Positions 19,133 through 28,517 of a stretch of DNA of 34,461 nucleotides are shown in pieces. Numbering within the stretch: position 1 is the stretch's first letter; every line of letters begins with the position of its first letter. The notes below the pieces were generated by a model. That model saw only the letters and a list, made by a program, of their open reading frames with translations, made no database searches and was not told the origin of the DNA. A program made the position numbers and the translations under genes. The stretch is taken from positions 1,192 through 35,652 of the forward strand of contig CAZDFI010000013.1 in NCBI GenBank assembly GCA_964504725.1. Direction: 5' to 3'. This DNA comes from an uncultured Enterobacteriaceae bacterium (GTDB lineage: Bacteria; Pseudomonadota; Gammaproteobacteria; Eutrophobiales; Eutrophobiaceae).

Positions 19133-20179
19133 ATGGCTGAGTTGGTCGATAAGGTAGTATTGAAAGCATTTGTTCCGCCGAGCGCGTTAAATTCCGAGAA
19201 TTTTCAAGAGCTTGCAGGTAAAAGTTTTATCGAGGAAATTGCTGCTGGTAGAACAATTTTTAAGCAAGGTGACACCGATAAAAAAACCATCTATTTGGTC
19301 GATGGCGAGGCTGTATTGAGCAATGATAGTGGTGCGGCAACTTCTGTTACAGCAGGCACGCAAGCTGGAATGCATCCCTTAGCGAATTTCCAGCCACGAA
19401 GACATACTGCTGTTGCCAAAACCGTATGCAAAATTACTCGAATAGACAGCGATCTGCTGGATATTTTAATGACCTGGGATCAGATGTCGGCTATTGAGGT
19501 AGATGAAATTCATACTGAAGGTGATGATGGTGGTGATGATGACTGGATGACCAGGATCCTGCAGTCAAAAGCTTTTTTACAAGTGCCGCCTGGAAACATT
19601 CAAGCAATGTTTATGCGTATTGAGGAAGTGCCTGTTAAGGCAGGTGATGTGATTATTAAACAAGGTGAAGATGGTGATTTCTATTACATAATCAGAAACG
19701 GTAAATGTAAAGTAACCAGAACATCGAAAACTGGCTCAGAATTAACGCTTGCGACCATCAAGGATGGAGATGCCTTTGGAGAAGAGGCACTGTTGTCGGA
19801 TGCAAAACGTAATGCCAATATCGTGATGGCGACAGATGGTGTGTTGATGCGTCTATCTAAGGAAGATTTTAACGAATTGTTGAAAGAACCCATGCTAACC
19901 TGGGTCACCAGGGAAGAAGCTGATGAGATGGTAAAGAATGGTGCAGTTTGGTTGGATGTCCGGCTAGATAGTGAACATAAAAACAATGGACTTGAAGGTA
20001 GTATCAATATCCCGTTGTTCATGCTGCGAATGAAGATCGCGACTCTTTCAGAAGATAAAAAATATATTCTCTATTGTGATACTGGTAGACGCAGCTCAGC
20101 AGCAGCATTTTTGTTGAGTGAACGTGGTCTGGATGCTGCCTGTCTCAAGGGCGGTATAATGGGCGGTGTCGAAGGTTAA
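19133..20179 (+). CDS. Cyclic-nucleotide-binding domain protein fused to a C-terminal rhodanese domain
   Basis: A degenerate first CNB-like domain is followed by an acidic linker (EGDDGGDDDW). The second CNB domain has GD.IIKQGEDGDFYYII..G...V, FGEEALL and KRNANIV. The C-terminal rhodanese has WLDVR...E and the active-site loop YCDTGRRS. Confidence 0.8.
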   Translation: MAELVDKVVLKAFVPPSALNSENFQELAGKSFIEEIAAGRTIFKQGDTDKKTIYLVDGEAVLSNDSGAATSVTAGTQAGMHPLANFQPRRHTAVAKTVCKITRIDSDLLDILMTWDQMSAIEVDEIHTEGDDGGDDDWMTRILQSKAFLQVPPGNIQAMFMRIEEVPVKAGDVIIKQGEDGDFYYIIRNGKCKVTRTSKTGSELTLATIKDGDAFGEEALLSDAKRNANIVMATDGVLMRLSKEDFNELLKEPMLTWVTREEADEMVKNGAVWLDVRLDSEHKNNGLEGSINIPLFMLRMKIATLSEDKKYILYCDTGRRSSAAAFLLSERGLDAACLKGGIMGGVEG

Positions 20180-20217
20180 AACAAAAATTTCCTTTCGCTA
20201 GTGCCTGTAGCGGCTGA

Positions 20218-21069
20218 ATGACAATATCTATAGATTCATCAATCGACAATTATTGTGTGATGGGGAATCCCGTCGCACATAGCAAGTCCCCTCAAATACA
20301 GTCTGCATTTGCAGAACAAACCCGGCAAAATATTTTCTATCAGGCCATTTTAGTTGATGAGGGAAACTTTAAAGAAGCAATCAAAGAATTTCAAAGACAG
20401 GGTGGTAAAGGTCTAAATATAACGGTGCCTTTTAAAGGCGATGCATGGGAAGTCGCACAACAAAAAAGTACCAGGGCCGAACGCGCGGCAGCAGTAAATA
20501 CAATCAGTTTTGATGATGAAGGAAAAATAATCGGTGACAATACAGATGGTATCGGCCTGATTCGTGATCTGACAAACAACCTTAACATATCAATCAAAGA
20601 TAAAAATATCCTGATACTTGGGGCAGGTGGCGCAATCAGGGGAATTCTGGATCCACTTTTCGATGAAGGACCAGGCAAGGTTGTTATAGCTAATCGCACT
20701 GTTAGTCGTGCAGAAAATCTTGTCGATATTTTTTCAGATCGTGGTGATCTTTCAGCGTGTGGGTTTAATGAACTTGCAGGTAGCAGTTTCGATCTCGTAA
20801 TTAATGGCACATCGGCCAGTTTGCAAGGCGAGGTTCCACCTTTGCCTGAAAGTCTTATCAACAATAATACATACTGCTACGATTTGATGTACTCAGCGAC
20901 AGATACTCCCTTCGTTAGCTGGGCCAAATCGCATGACGCAAAAATGGCGGTTGATGGTTCAGGTATGCTTGTTGAGCAGGCTGCCGAATCATTTTTTATC
21001 TGGAGAGGAGTCCGACCAGAAACAGGGTCGGTAATAAAATTACTTAGAAGAGTTAAACGTGAAGAGTGA
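20218..21069 (+). CDS. aroE: Shikimate dehydrogenase
   Basis: MGNPVAHSKSPQIQ..FA, GLNITVPFK, NT...DDEGKIIGDNTDGIG and the NADP fold ILILGAGGAIRG. Confidence 0.92.
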   Translation: MTISIDSSIDNYCVMGNPVAHSKSPQIQSAFAEQTRQNIFYQAILVDEGNFKEAIKEFQRQGGKGLNITVPFKGDAWEVAQQKSTRAERAAAVNTISFDDEGKIIGDNTDGIGLIRDLTNNLNISIKDKNILILGAGGAIRGILDPLFDEGPGKVVIANRTVSRAENLVDIFSDRGDLSACGFNELAGSSFDLVINGTSASLQGEVPPLPESLINNNTYCYDLMYSATDTPFVSWAKSHDAKMAVDGSGMLVEQAAESFFIWRGVRPETGSVIKLLRRVKREE

Positions 21070-21128
21070 AGCGTTAAGCGTGAGGAGTGTGAAATGTCTC
21101 TCCCTGCTTTTAACGCTTCACGTTTAAC
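21052..21128. terminator. Long bulged hairpin between convergent aroE and dctM (likely bidirectional transcript end)
   Basis: TGAAGCGTTAA (21067-21077) pairs with TTAACGCTTCA (21110-21120). GTTAAACG (21052-21059) pairs with CGTTTAAC (21121-21128) across a 7-nt bulge. The left arm encodes the last aroE codons. Confidence 0.6.
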
Positions 21129-21143
21129 ATTTCACCTCAATTA

Positions 21144-22457
21144 TTACAAACCATTTAATCTATCCATCAGATCAGGTAGCCACGTTACCAATATCGGGAA
21201 CATTATCAATAATATCAGGGTTAAAATTTGTATCGTTACAAAAGGTATTATCCCACGGTAAATATCCTGAATCCGTATTTCAGGTGGTGCAACAGCCTTC
21301 AAATAAAATAACGAAAAACCAAAGGGAGGTGTCAGAAAGGAAGTCTGCAGGTTGAGTCCAATTAAAACAGCCAGCCAGAGTAAATCAATTCCCAGAAGGT
21401 TCGCAATTGGAGCAATGATGGGTACAACGATAAAACAGATTTGTAGAAAATCCAGAAAGAATCCCAGGATAAAGATTAAAAACATACTGGCAAACATAAA
21501 ACCCCAAATCCCGCCGGGAATGTTTGTCATTATTTCACGAACCAGGGTATCACCACCCATACCACGAAAGACCAGACCAAAAGCGATCGCACCAATTAGA
21601 ATCATAAATACCATACTGGTCAGGCGCACAGTCAGTTGCATGGCTGCTTTCAGGTTTTTCATTGTTAGCTGTAGGTGAGCAGCAGAAAGTATCATCGCAC
21701 CAAGCGCACCTACGGCAGCCGATTCTGTGGGAGATGCGATACCCGCAAAGATTGATCCGAGCACACCGATAACCAGTAGCAAGGGGGGCAATAAAGTGAA
21801 TATTGTTTTTTTGAATAAATTCCCGCTTTCATTGTTTTCCAGTGCAGGGGCAACCTCAGGTTTTATCCAGGCAAGACAAAGGATATAAAGCAGGAAGAGT
21901 GTGACAAGTATTGCTCCTGGAATAACGGCGCCGACAAAAAGACGACCCACTGGTACGCCCATTACATCTCCTAGCAGAATCAATATGATGCTAGGTGGTA
22001 TGATCTGACCCAATGTACCTGATGCAGCAATAGTTCCTGAAGCAAGTAATGGAGAATATTTGCGCTTGAGCATGGTCGGTAGTGCGATAATACCCATGGT
22101 TACGACCGTGGCACCGACAATGCCTGTTGTCGCGGCCAGCAGCGCACCAACAATGACAACTGATACAGCTAAACCCCCTCGCATCTTTCCAAATAAAAGA
22201 CCCATGGTTTCCAATAAATCTTTCGCCAGACCTGATTTATCCAGTGTGACACCCATAAAAATAAACAAAGGAACAGCGAGTAAGGTGAAATTATTCATCG
22301 TCCCCCAGATTTGCAGAGGTAGCAGATTGAAGAAATTCAGATCTAAAAAAACACTGCCGAACAAAAGTGCGACGGCGCCTAAAGTAAATGCAACCGGATA
22401 GCCGAGTAGCAACATGATCATAAGTGTGGCAAACATACCAATGATGGCAGCGGTCAT
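21144..22457 (-). CDS. dctM: TRAP transporter large permease subunit
   Basis: 437 aa with about 12 TM segments and the typical DctM pattern (LPLQIWGTMNNFTLLAVPLFIFMG...). It overlaps dctQ by 4 nt. Confidence 0.9.
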   Translation of the reverse strand: MTAAIIGMFATLMIMLLLGYPVAFTLGAVALLFGSVFLDLNFFNLLPLQIWGTMNNFTLLAVPLFIFMGVTLDKSGLAKDLLETMGLLFGKMRGGLAVSVVIVGALLAATTGIVGATVVTMGIIALPTMLKRKYSPLLASGTIAASGTLGQIIPPSIILILLGDVMGVPVGRLFVGAVIPGAILVTLFLLYILCLAWIKPEVAPALENNESGNLFKKTIFTLLPPLLLVIGVLGSIFAGIASPTESAAVGALGAMILSAAHLQLTMKNLKAAMQLTVRLTSMVFMILIGAIAFGLVFRGMGGDTLVREIMTNIPGGIWGFMFASMFLIFILGFFLDFLQICFIVVPIIAPIANLLGIDLLWLAVLIGLNLQTSFLTPPFGFSLFYLKAVAPPEIRIQDIYRGIIPFVTIQILTLILLIMFPILVTWLPDLMDRLNGL

Positions 22458-23005
22458 GTGTTTTTACCCTGAATATTTTTACCAAGAATGATATTAAGAT
22501 TTTTTATAATATCGGAAACACCTTGTAATAAAAGTAAAGTGAATCCCAGTGGAATGCTTGCCTTTAAAATCCAGCGATATGGTAAACCACCTGGATCAGG
22601 AGAACCTTCAAGATGGATATATGATTGATAAACAAAAGGCCAGGCAGTTACGATGATCAAAATACAAAAAGGCAGTAATAGAAACAAGCTGCCAAATAAA
22701 TTAATCCATGCTCTGCGAATATCATCCATAAATTTACTTTTATAGAAGAGGTCGAGTCTGACATGATCATCATGTTTAAATGTGTACGCGGCCCCGATTA
22801 GAAATATTAGAGAAAATAAATGCCATTCCATTTCCTGTAGCGCAACAGAACCACTGAGGAAAAAATATCGCATGGTGACGTCGTAACTAACCAGTAAAAC
22901 CATCGTCAATACAAGCCATGAAACCAGTTTGCCAGCGAGTTCACTGAATTGTTCTAATTTAATTGAAAATCGATCTAACAAATGGAGGCCGTCTTTTTTA
23001 TTCAT
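22454..23005 (-). CDS. dctQ: TRAP transporter small permease subunit
   Basis: 183 aa with 4 TM segments, including ...VSYDVTMRYFF... and HVRLDLFY. It is translationally coupled to dctM. Confidence 0.85.
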   Translation of the reverse strand: MNKKDGLHLLDRFSIKLEQFSELAGKLVSWLVLTMVLLVSYDVTMRYFFLSGSVALQEMEWHLFSLIFLIGAAYTFKHDDHVRLDLFYKSKFMDDIRRAWINLFGSLFLLLPFCILIIVTAWPFVYQSYIHLEGSPDPGGLPYRWILKASIPLGFTLLLLQGVSDIIKNLNIILGKNIQGKNT

Positions 23006-23475
23006 GCCTGGATGAGATAAGTCCTTAAAATGGAAGGCGTATTATTATTTGGAATATATGGGCATGATAGCATATTAAGATACGCATATCTTATTGATTT
23101 AGTTAAATATTTCCAGATTATTTTACATTTCGTTGATACTCGCTTGTAGGATTACGTCTAGAGTTGAAAATTCACACTTGTATGATTGTAATAGCAAATC
23201 ACGTTTGATTTGTGAATTGACCTGAATTATCAAAATGTTCTGGTGGGTTTCGTGTTAATTATTACGAATGTCTGCATTCAGTGGCAAACGTAAGCGGACA
23301 TTCAAATTTAAACGACACTGATCTATTTGATTTTTCTGACATCACATTTGACCTGCCCCCAGTAATGAGTCCATAACTTAAATTAGTCTTCAACATCTAA
23401 AAGTACACGGTGAGTTTTTCAACAGAATTTACTGAAAGCGGACGTACAGGACTAAATTATGTAATATACATTTTT

Positions 23476-26400
23476 ATGAAGAATCTGAAATATACTTTAC
23501 AGATTGGCATAGCTACTGCATTCACTCTACTGATTGTAATTTTTGGCATTACCTTAATCAGTTATAATTATAATAGTAATAAAGAAGTAGCTTTGGCTGC
23601 GGCTGATGATATTTTTGCCCGGGCTACCCGTGAAATCGCACACAGTATTCGCGGACTTTATTACCCTGCCGTGATACTGGTAGATATCACCTCTCAACTT
23701 AACGCTACTGAAGGAGATTCAATAGAAAAGAGACTGGATTTATTGCCATACATTGCCAGATCTATACACCATTCACAACATATTTCCCGTGTTTTTATTG
23801 GTTATGACTCAGGAGATTTCTTCCTGGTCGACTCACTGCAAGATGACGCAATGCTTGATAAATCATTGACCATTCCAGAAGGTACAAGCTTTGTAGTGAC
23901 TGATATAAAACGAAAGACTGGAAGTGCAAAGCTATCATATTACTTCTATGACAAAAATTTAACGCTACTTGAGTCAACTGATTATGAAGATACTGATTTT
24001 GATCCTCGATCACGAATTTGGTACCAGCTAGCAAGCGAGAACAAAGACCAGATCGCGACAGAATTTTATGAGTATTATGAAGGGAGAGCGATTGGGAAAA
24101 CATTCGCCAGAAAGACTGTTAATGGGAAGGGAGTAGTTGGGATAGACCTCACTATAAATAAAATTGCTAATGAATTTAATGCCCAGAAAATCACACCATC
24201 TACCAAAATAATCGTTTTCAATGATCAAGGAATTGCCTTGGCACCACCTAAAGCTGAAGAACAAAGTGAAAACGCCAAAAATACTGATGAGATGAAATTA
24301 CAGAAGTTTAATATCAAAGAATTGGATGACCCCATATTTAAGCGGCTGTATCAAGAATATATTTCCGGCATGATCGATGGGCAACTTAATTTAATCATCG
24401 ATGATAATACGTGGATTGGATCTATAAAATCTCTACCTACACTAAATGGTAAAAAATTATATCTTGCAGTGCTTGCTCCGGAACATGAAATACTAAAAGA
24501 CATAAGAGAGTTAAGAAATGCGAGTATTTATATTTCACTTGTTCTTTTACTAGTAGCGGTCTTTATTGGCTGGCTTTTTTCAAGATACATTTCAGATTCA
24601 CTACGTGCTCTATCAAAAGAAGCAGAAAATATCAGGGAACTTAAACTGGACAGGCCATTTTATATTGAATCAAGCATTACTGAAGTTGATGAGCTTGCGA
24701 TAACAATGTCTCTCATGAAATCTGCAATACAGGAATTCATAGATATTTCAAAAGCACTATCAGCTGAGAAAGATTTCGATAAGTTATTAGAGCAAATTCT
24801 TAACCAGGCTCAGCATATATGTAATGCTGATGGCGGTAGTATTGCTTTGGTTGATGACGATGATGAAAACCTGGTTTATTCGTTGTTAAAAAATTCGAAA
24901 ACAGGGATCCATTATGGTGGAACAAGTAGTGAGTCTATCCCATTTAATAAGATATATTTAAATACAGATAACACTACGACCGGTATACCTGGTATAGAAA
25001 ACCATTTGATCAAATCAGGAGAGATAATAGTATCAGATGACATTGATAATGATTCACGCTTTGATTTCTCAAAGTTACGAAATCGTTATGAGATCAATAA
25101 CTATTCTTGTTGCTCTATATTATTGTTGCCCCTGGTAAATAGACAGAACGAAATTATCGGTATAGCGGAACTGATAAATCCACGTGAAAAAGGGTCTGAT
25201 AAAATTAAAAAATTTACTCCCGAAACCATATCTTATATGGAAGCACTTTCATCACAAGCTGCGATCTCACTTGATAATCGACGCTTACTCAAAGCCCAAA
25301 AGGATCTGCTTGATGCCCTGATTCAGTTGATTGCGGGCGCGATCGATGCAAAATCACCTTATACAAGTGGACATTGTAAACGCGTCCCTGAGCTTGCACG
25401 AATGCTTGCAAGAGTTGCAGATGAGTCGACTGAAAAACCATTTGAAACTTTTTCAATAAATGAAGATGAGTGGTATGAATTATACATAGCCAGTTGGTTA
25501 CACGATTGTGGAAAAGTTACGACACCTGAATATGTGGTTGATAAGGCAACTAAACTTGAGTGTATTTATAATCGAATTCATGAAATTAGAATGCGTTTTG
25601 AAGTGCTATGGCGAGATGCGCAGATTGACTACTATAAAACCTTGATAGATCCAAATCAGGATAAGACATTAGTTAATCAGGAACTAGAGAATAGATATAA
25701 GCAATTGCAAGAGGATTACGCTTTTATCGCCGAATTCAATATAGGCTCGGAATACACAGAAGATGATTCAATCAAACGAATCAATGAAATAGCCTCTACC
25801 TCGTGGCTTCGCCATTTCGATGATCGCATCGGTTTATCTGAAGACGAACTCAGACTTAAAAATCAAGTGAAGCGAACCGAATTACCTGCAAAAGAATATC
25901 TATTGGCAGATAAACAGGAACATATAATCAAAAGAACTGATAAAGGTAAACCGTATGGAGACAATCCTCACGGTTTTAACATGGAGGTGCCAGACAATGA
26001 ATTCAATCTTGGTGAAATATACAACTTGAGTATAAATCGCGGCACCTTAACAGCCGAAGACAGGTATAAGATAAATGAACATATCATACAGACAATTATT
26101 ATACTGAGTAAATTACCTTTGCCAAGGGAATTAAAGCGTGTACCTATATGGGCAGGTAATCATCATGAGAAACTGGATGGTACTGGCTACCCTCGCGGTC
26201 TCACAGGTAGTGAGCTTTCTATACCTGAGCGTATCATGGCAATTGCAGACATCTTTGAGGCACTGACCGCAAGCGATAGGCCATATAAGAAAGCAAAGAC
26301 GTTGAGCGAATCTATTAAGATTATGAATTTTATGAGAAATGACGGGCATATTTGTCCTGCATTATTTGATTTATTTCTATCATCAGGGGTTTATAAAGAA

Positions 26401-26490
26401 TATGCCGAGGCTTATCTCTCCCCTGAACAAATAGACGACGTGGATATTCCTATCTATTTAAAGAATTCAGATCGAGTAAAAATAACTTAA
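23476..26490 (+). CDS. Membrane sensor HD-GYP phosphodiesterase (periplasmic Cache-like domain, HAMP, GAF, HD-GYP)
   Basis: Two TM segments bracket a periplasmic region of about 300 aa. A HAMP-like segment follows TM2 and the central domain is GAF-like. The catalytic motifs are WLHDCGKVTTP and GNHHEKLDGTGYPRGL. I prefer the ATG at 23476 (MKNLKY) over the GTG at 23410. Confidence 0.85.
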   Translation: MKNLKYTLQIGIATAFTLLIVIFGITLISYNYNSNKEVALAAADDIFARATREIAHSIRGLYYPAVILVDITSQLNATEGDSIEKRLDLLPYIARSIHHSQHISRVFIGYDSGDFFLVDSLQDDAMLDKSLTIPEGTSFVVTDIKRKTGSAKLSYYFYDKNLTLLESTDYEDTDFDPRSRIWYQLASENKDQIATEFYEYYEGRAIGKTFARKTVNGKGVVGIDLTINKIANEFNAQKITPSTKIIVFNDQGIALAPPKAEEQSENAKNTDEMKLQKFNIKELDDPIFKRLYQEYISGMIDGQLNLIIDDNTWIGSIKSLPTLNGKKLYLAVLAPEHEILKDIRELRNASIYISLVLLLVAVFIGWLFSRYISDSLRALSKEAENIRELKLDRPFYIESSITEVDELAITMSLMKSAIQEFIDISKALSAEKDFDKLLEQILNQAQHICNADGGSIALVDDDDENLVYSLLKNSKTGIHYGGTSSESIPFNKIYLNTDNTTTGIPGIENHLIKSGEIIVSDDIDNDSRFDFSKLRNRYEINNYSCCSILLLPLVNRQNEIIGIAELINPREKGSDKIKKFTPETISYMEALSSQAAISLDNRRLLKAQKDLLDALIQLIAGAIDAKSPYTSGHCKRVPELARMLARVADESTEKPFETFSINEDEWYELYIASWLHDCGKVTTPEYVVDKATKLECIYNRIHEIRMRFEVLWRDAQIDYYKTLIDPNQDKTLVNQELENRYKQLQEDYAFIAEFNIGSEYTEDDSIKRINEIASTSWLRHFDDRIGLSEDELRLKNQVKRTELPAKEYLLADKQEHIIKRTDKGKPYGDNPHGFNMEVPDNEFNLGEIYNLSINRGTLTAEDRYKINEHIIQTIIILSKLPLPRELKRVPIWAGNHHEKLDGTGYPRGLTGSELSIPERIMAIADIFEALTASDRPYKKAKTLSESIKIMNFMRNDGHICPALFDLFLSSGVYKEYAEAYLSPEQIDDVDIPIYLKNSDRVKIT

Positions 26491-26522
26491 ACTCAATATC
26501 AGGGTCAAGTCTTGAATCTTGA

Positions 26523-26681
26523 ATTACATATGAGTATCAGCAATCAATGAAAGATCGAAAAAAAGTCGAGATGTTGTTCGCACATCTAAAACAGATACTT
26601 AAATTGGACCGGTTTCGATTACGTGGATTCAGTGGTGAGCGGGATGAGTTTTTATTAACCGCCACCGCCCGGAATTTACGG
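26523..26681 (+). mobile_element. Remnant of the 3' end of an IS5/IS1182-type DDE transposase gene
   Basis: KDRKKVEMLFAHLKQILKLDRFRLRGFSGERDEFLLTATARNLR matches the conserved C-terminal block (..VE..FA.LK.IL.LDR.RLRG..GA.DEF.L.A.A.NLR) of this transposase family. No upstream catalytic part is present. Confidence 0.6.
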
Positions 26682-28238
26682 CTCACTTATTATTTACTGC
26701 TATTGTCATTGCTCTTTAGTGGTTGCGCGACTGTTCCAAAAGATGTTGAACGCCCGGTCTCTTATGCATTAACTGAATCGGAAACAGAACATACGGTATT
26801 AGGTGATCTTGTTTTCCCTGAAGAGGAGAAGCATCTTGGGCTTTCCGGTTTTGTGTTACTGGATCAAGGCAAGCTTGCATTAGATTCAAGACTGGCACTG
26901 GTTGACCTTGCAGAGAAAAGTATTGATATCCAGACGTATCTATGGAAACAAGATACTGTTGGTCGTTTATTGGCAGAAGGGCTTCTGGATGCTGCAGACA
27001 GGGGTGTCCGTATTCGCATACTCCTTGATGATTTTACGCTTAGAGATCGTGATTTTGGTTTGGCGGCCTTTGACGCTCACCCTAATGTCAGTATTCGTAT
27101 TTTCAATCCGTTCGGAACAAGATTTTACATTGGGCCGATAAATCTTAGACGTAAATTTGAGCTAATTACCGATTTATCACGATTGAATTATCGCATGCAT
27201 AATAAAGTCTTTGTGGTTGATAATCAGACCGGGATAGTGGGTGGCCGTAATATTGCTGATGAATACTACGGATACAATGAAAAATATAATTTTTTCGATC
27301 TTGACCTGTTGGCTTCCGGACCGGTAATAAACGATGTTTCTTATGGCTTTGATAATTACTGGAACAGCGAATGGGCCTATCCGATCACAGCGTTCAGGAA
27401 TCATCCTCCTGAAGAAAAGATACCCGAACTATACAATGGCTTAAGGACTCTGGTCGAAGAAAGACGAAGAGAGTTAGGACTGGAAAAACTCCAGTCTCAA
27501 GATCAACTTAAAATCCTGCAACAAATGGTAGCCAGGTTTATCTGGGCCAGGGCAGAAGTCGCTATTGATAATCCTGACAAGGCAGATGGAACAGCAACAA
27601 ATCTAACAGGAGGAGTGGCTGAACACCTGCGAGATACTGCGCGTGAGAGTAAATTTGAAATTATCATTGTATCGCCTTATTTTGTCCCAGCGTCGAATTT
27701 CAGCGATTATTTATCTGATAAACATAAGCGTGGAGTCACTGTAGAAGTGTTAACAAATTCCATGGCCTCCACCAATCAAATCGCAGCTTTTTCAGGGTAT
27801 GCCAGGTATCGTAATGATGTGATAAGTAGCGGCACAAAACTCTTTGAATTTAAACCGGATGCCGCCCGGTTTGTCATCGAAGAAGATATTCCGGGTTCAT
27901 CAGGGAATAGTGGTTTACATGCAAAAGTAATGACCTTTGATCGTAAGCAAGTCTTCGTTGGATCATTTAATCTTGATCCCCGTTCAATTAACCTTAATAC
28001 GGAAATTGGCCTGCTGGTTTACAGTGAAGAGCTCGCAACTCAAGTCGCAGAATTGATTGATGAAGTAATACAGCCAGAAAACAGTTGGCAAGTTATACTA
28101 GATGACGAAGGTAAGCTAGTCTGGAAGGGATCTAAAAATGGTCTTGCTGTAACTCACAACAATGACCCGGAAGCCGGTGGATGGCGAAAATTCAAGACCT
28201 TTATTTTTTCAATGTTGCCGATTGAAAAACATCTATAA
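26547..28238 (+). CDS. Phospholipase D-family protein (two HKD motifs), probable lipoprotein; the 5' end is chimeric with the IS remnant
   Basis: HKD motifs are MHNKVFVVDNQTGIVGGRNI and LHAKVMTFDRKQVFVGSFNLDPRS. A hydrophobic segment plus lipobox LLLLSLLFSGC (Cys60) follows 45 transposase-derived codons, and no in-frame ATG lies next to the signal segment. Confidence 0.85.
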   Translation: MKDRKKVEMLFAHLKQILKLDRFRLRGFSGERDEFLLTATARNLRLTYYLLLLSLLFSGCATVPKDVERPVSYALTESETEHTVLGDLVFPEEEKHLGLSGFVLLDQGKLALDSRLALVDLAEKSIDIQTYLWKQDTVGRLLAEGLLDAADRGVRIRILLDDFTLRDRDFGLAAFDAHPNVSIRIFNPFGTRFYIGPINLRRKFELITDLSRLNYRMHNKVFVVDNQTGIVGGRNIADEYYGYNEKYNFFDLDLLASGPVINDVSYGFDNYWNSEWAYPITAFRNHPPEEKIPELYNGLRTLVEERRRELGLEKLQSQDQLKILQQMVARFIWARAEVAIDNPDKADGTATNLTGGVAEHLRDTARESKFEIIIVSPYFVPASNFSDYLSDKHKRGVTVEVLTNSMASTNQIAAFSGYARYRNDVISSGTKLFEFKPDAARFVIEEDIPGSSGNSGLHAKVMTFDRKQVFVGSFNLDPRSINLNTEIGLLVYSEELATQVAELIDEVIQPENSWQVILDDEGKLVWKGSKNGLAVTHNNDPEAGGWRKFKTFIFSMLPIEKHL

Positions 28239-28517
28239 CAGGTTTAGCAATTGGTTCAGATGGTATTATGCCGACAAGTTAGCACATTTCTTTTGAGCGA
28301 CTACACTTGTACTACAGGGGTATATTACGAGGAAATTGTTTCCAATTGTTATTAGTGCAGGCCCCGAGAGAAGAGGCACCAGAACAAACTTGAGCCGTTG
28401 CGTTTCTTGACAGTCTGTGCAGATCAATACTGCTATTGATTTTTCACAATGATTACGGGGGAGCAGTGATACTTTATATTAAGTGTGTCATAGTGTATTT
28501 TTTACAACGGATTTAGG

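Noticed and set aside
20391-20864. Long antisense ORFs inside well-supported genes (this one in aroE; also 6293-6763, 8054-8422, 16232-16606, 18200-18487, 21352-21678, 22060-22401)
   Set aside because: All are fully embedded opposite conserved CDSs. Their products are Arg/Ser/Pro-rich and low in complexity, with no recognisable family. They are typical frame shadows.
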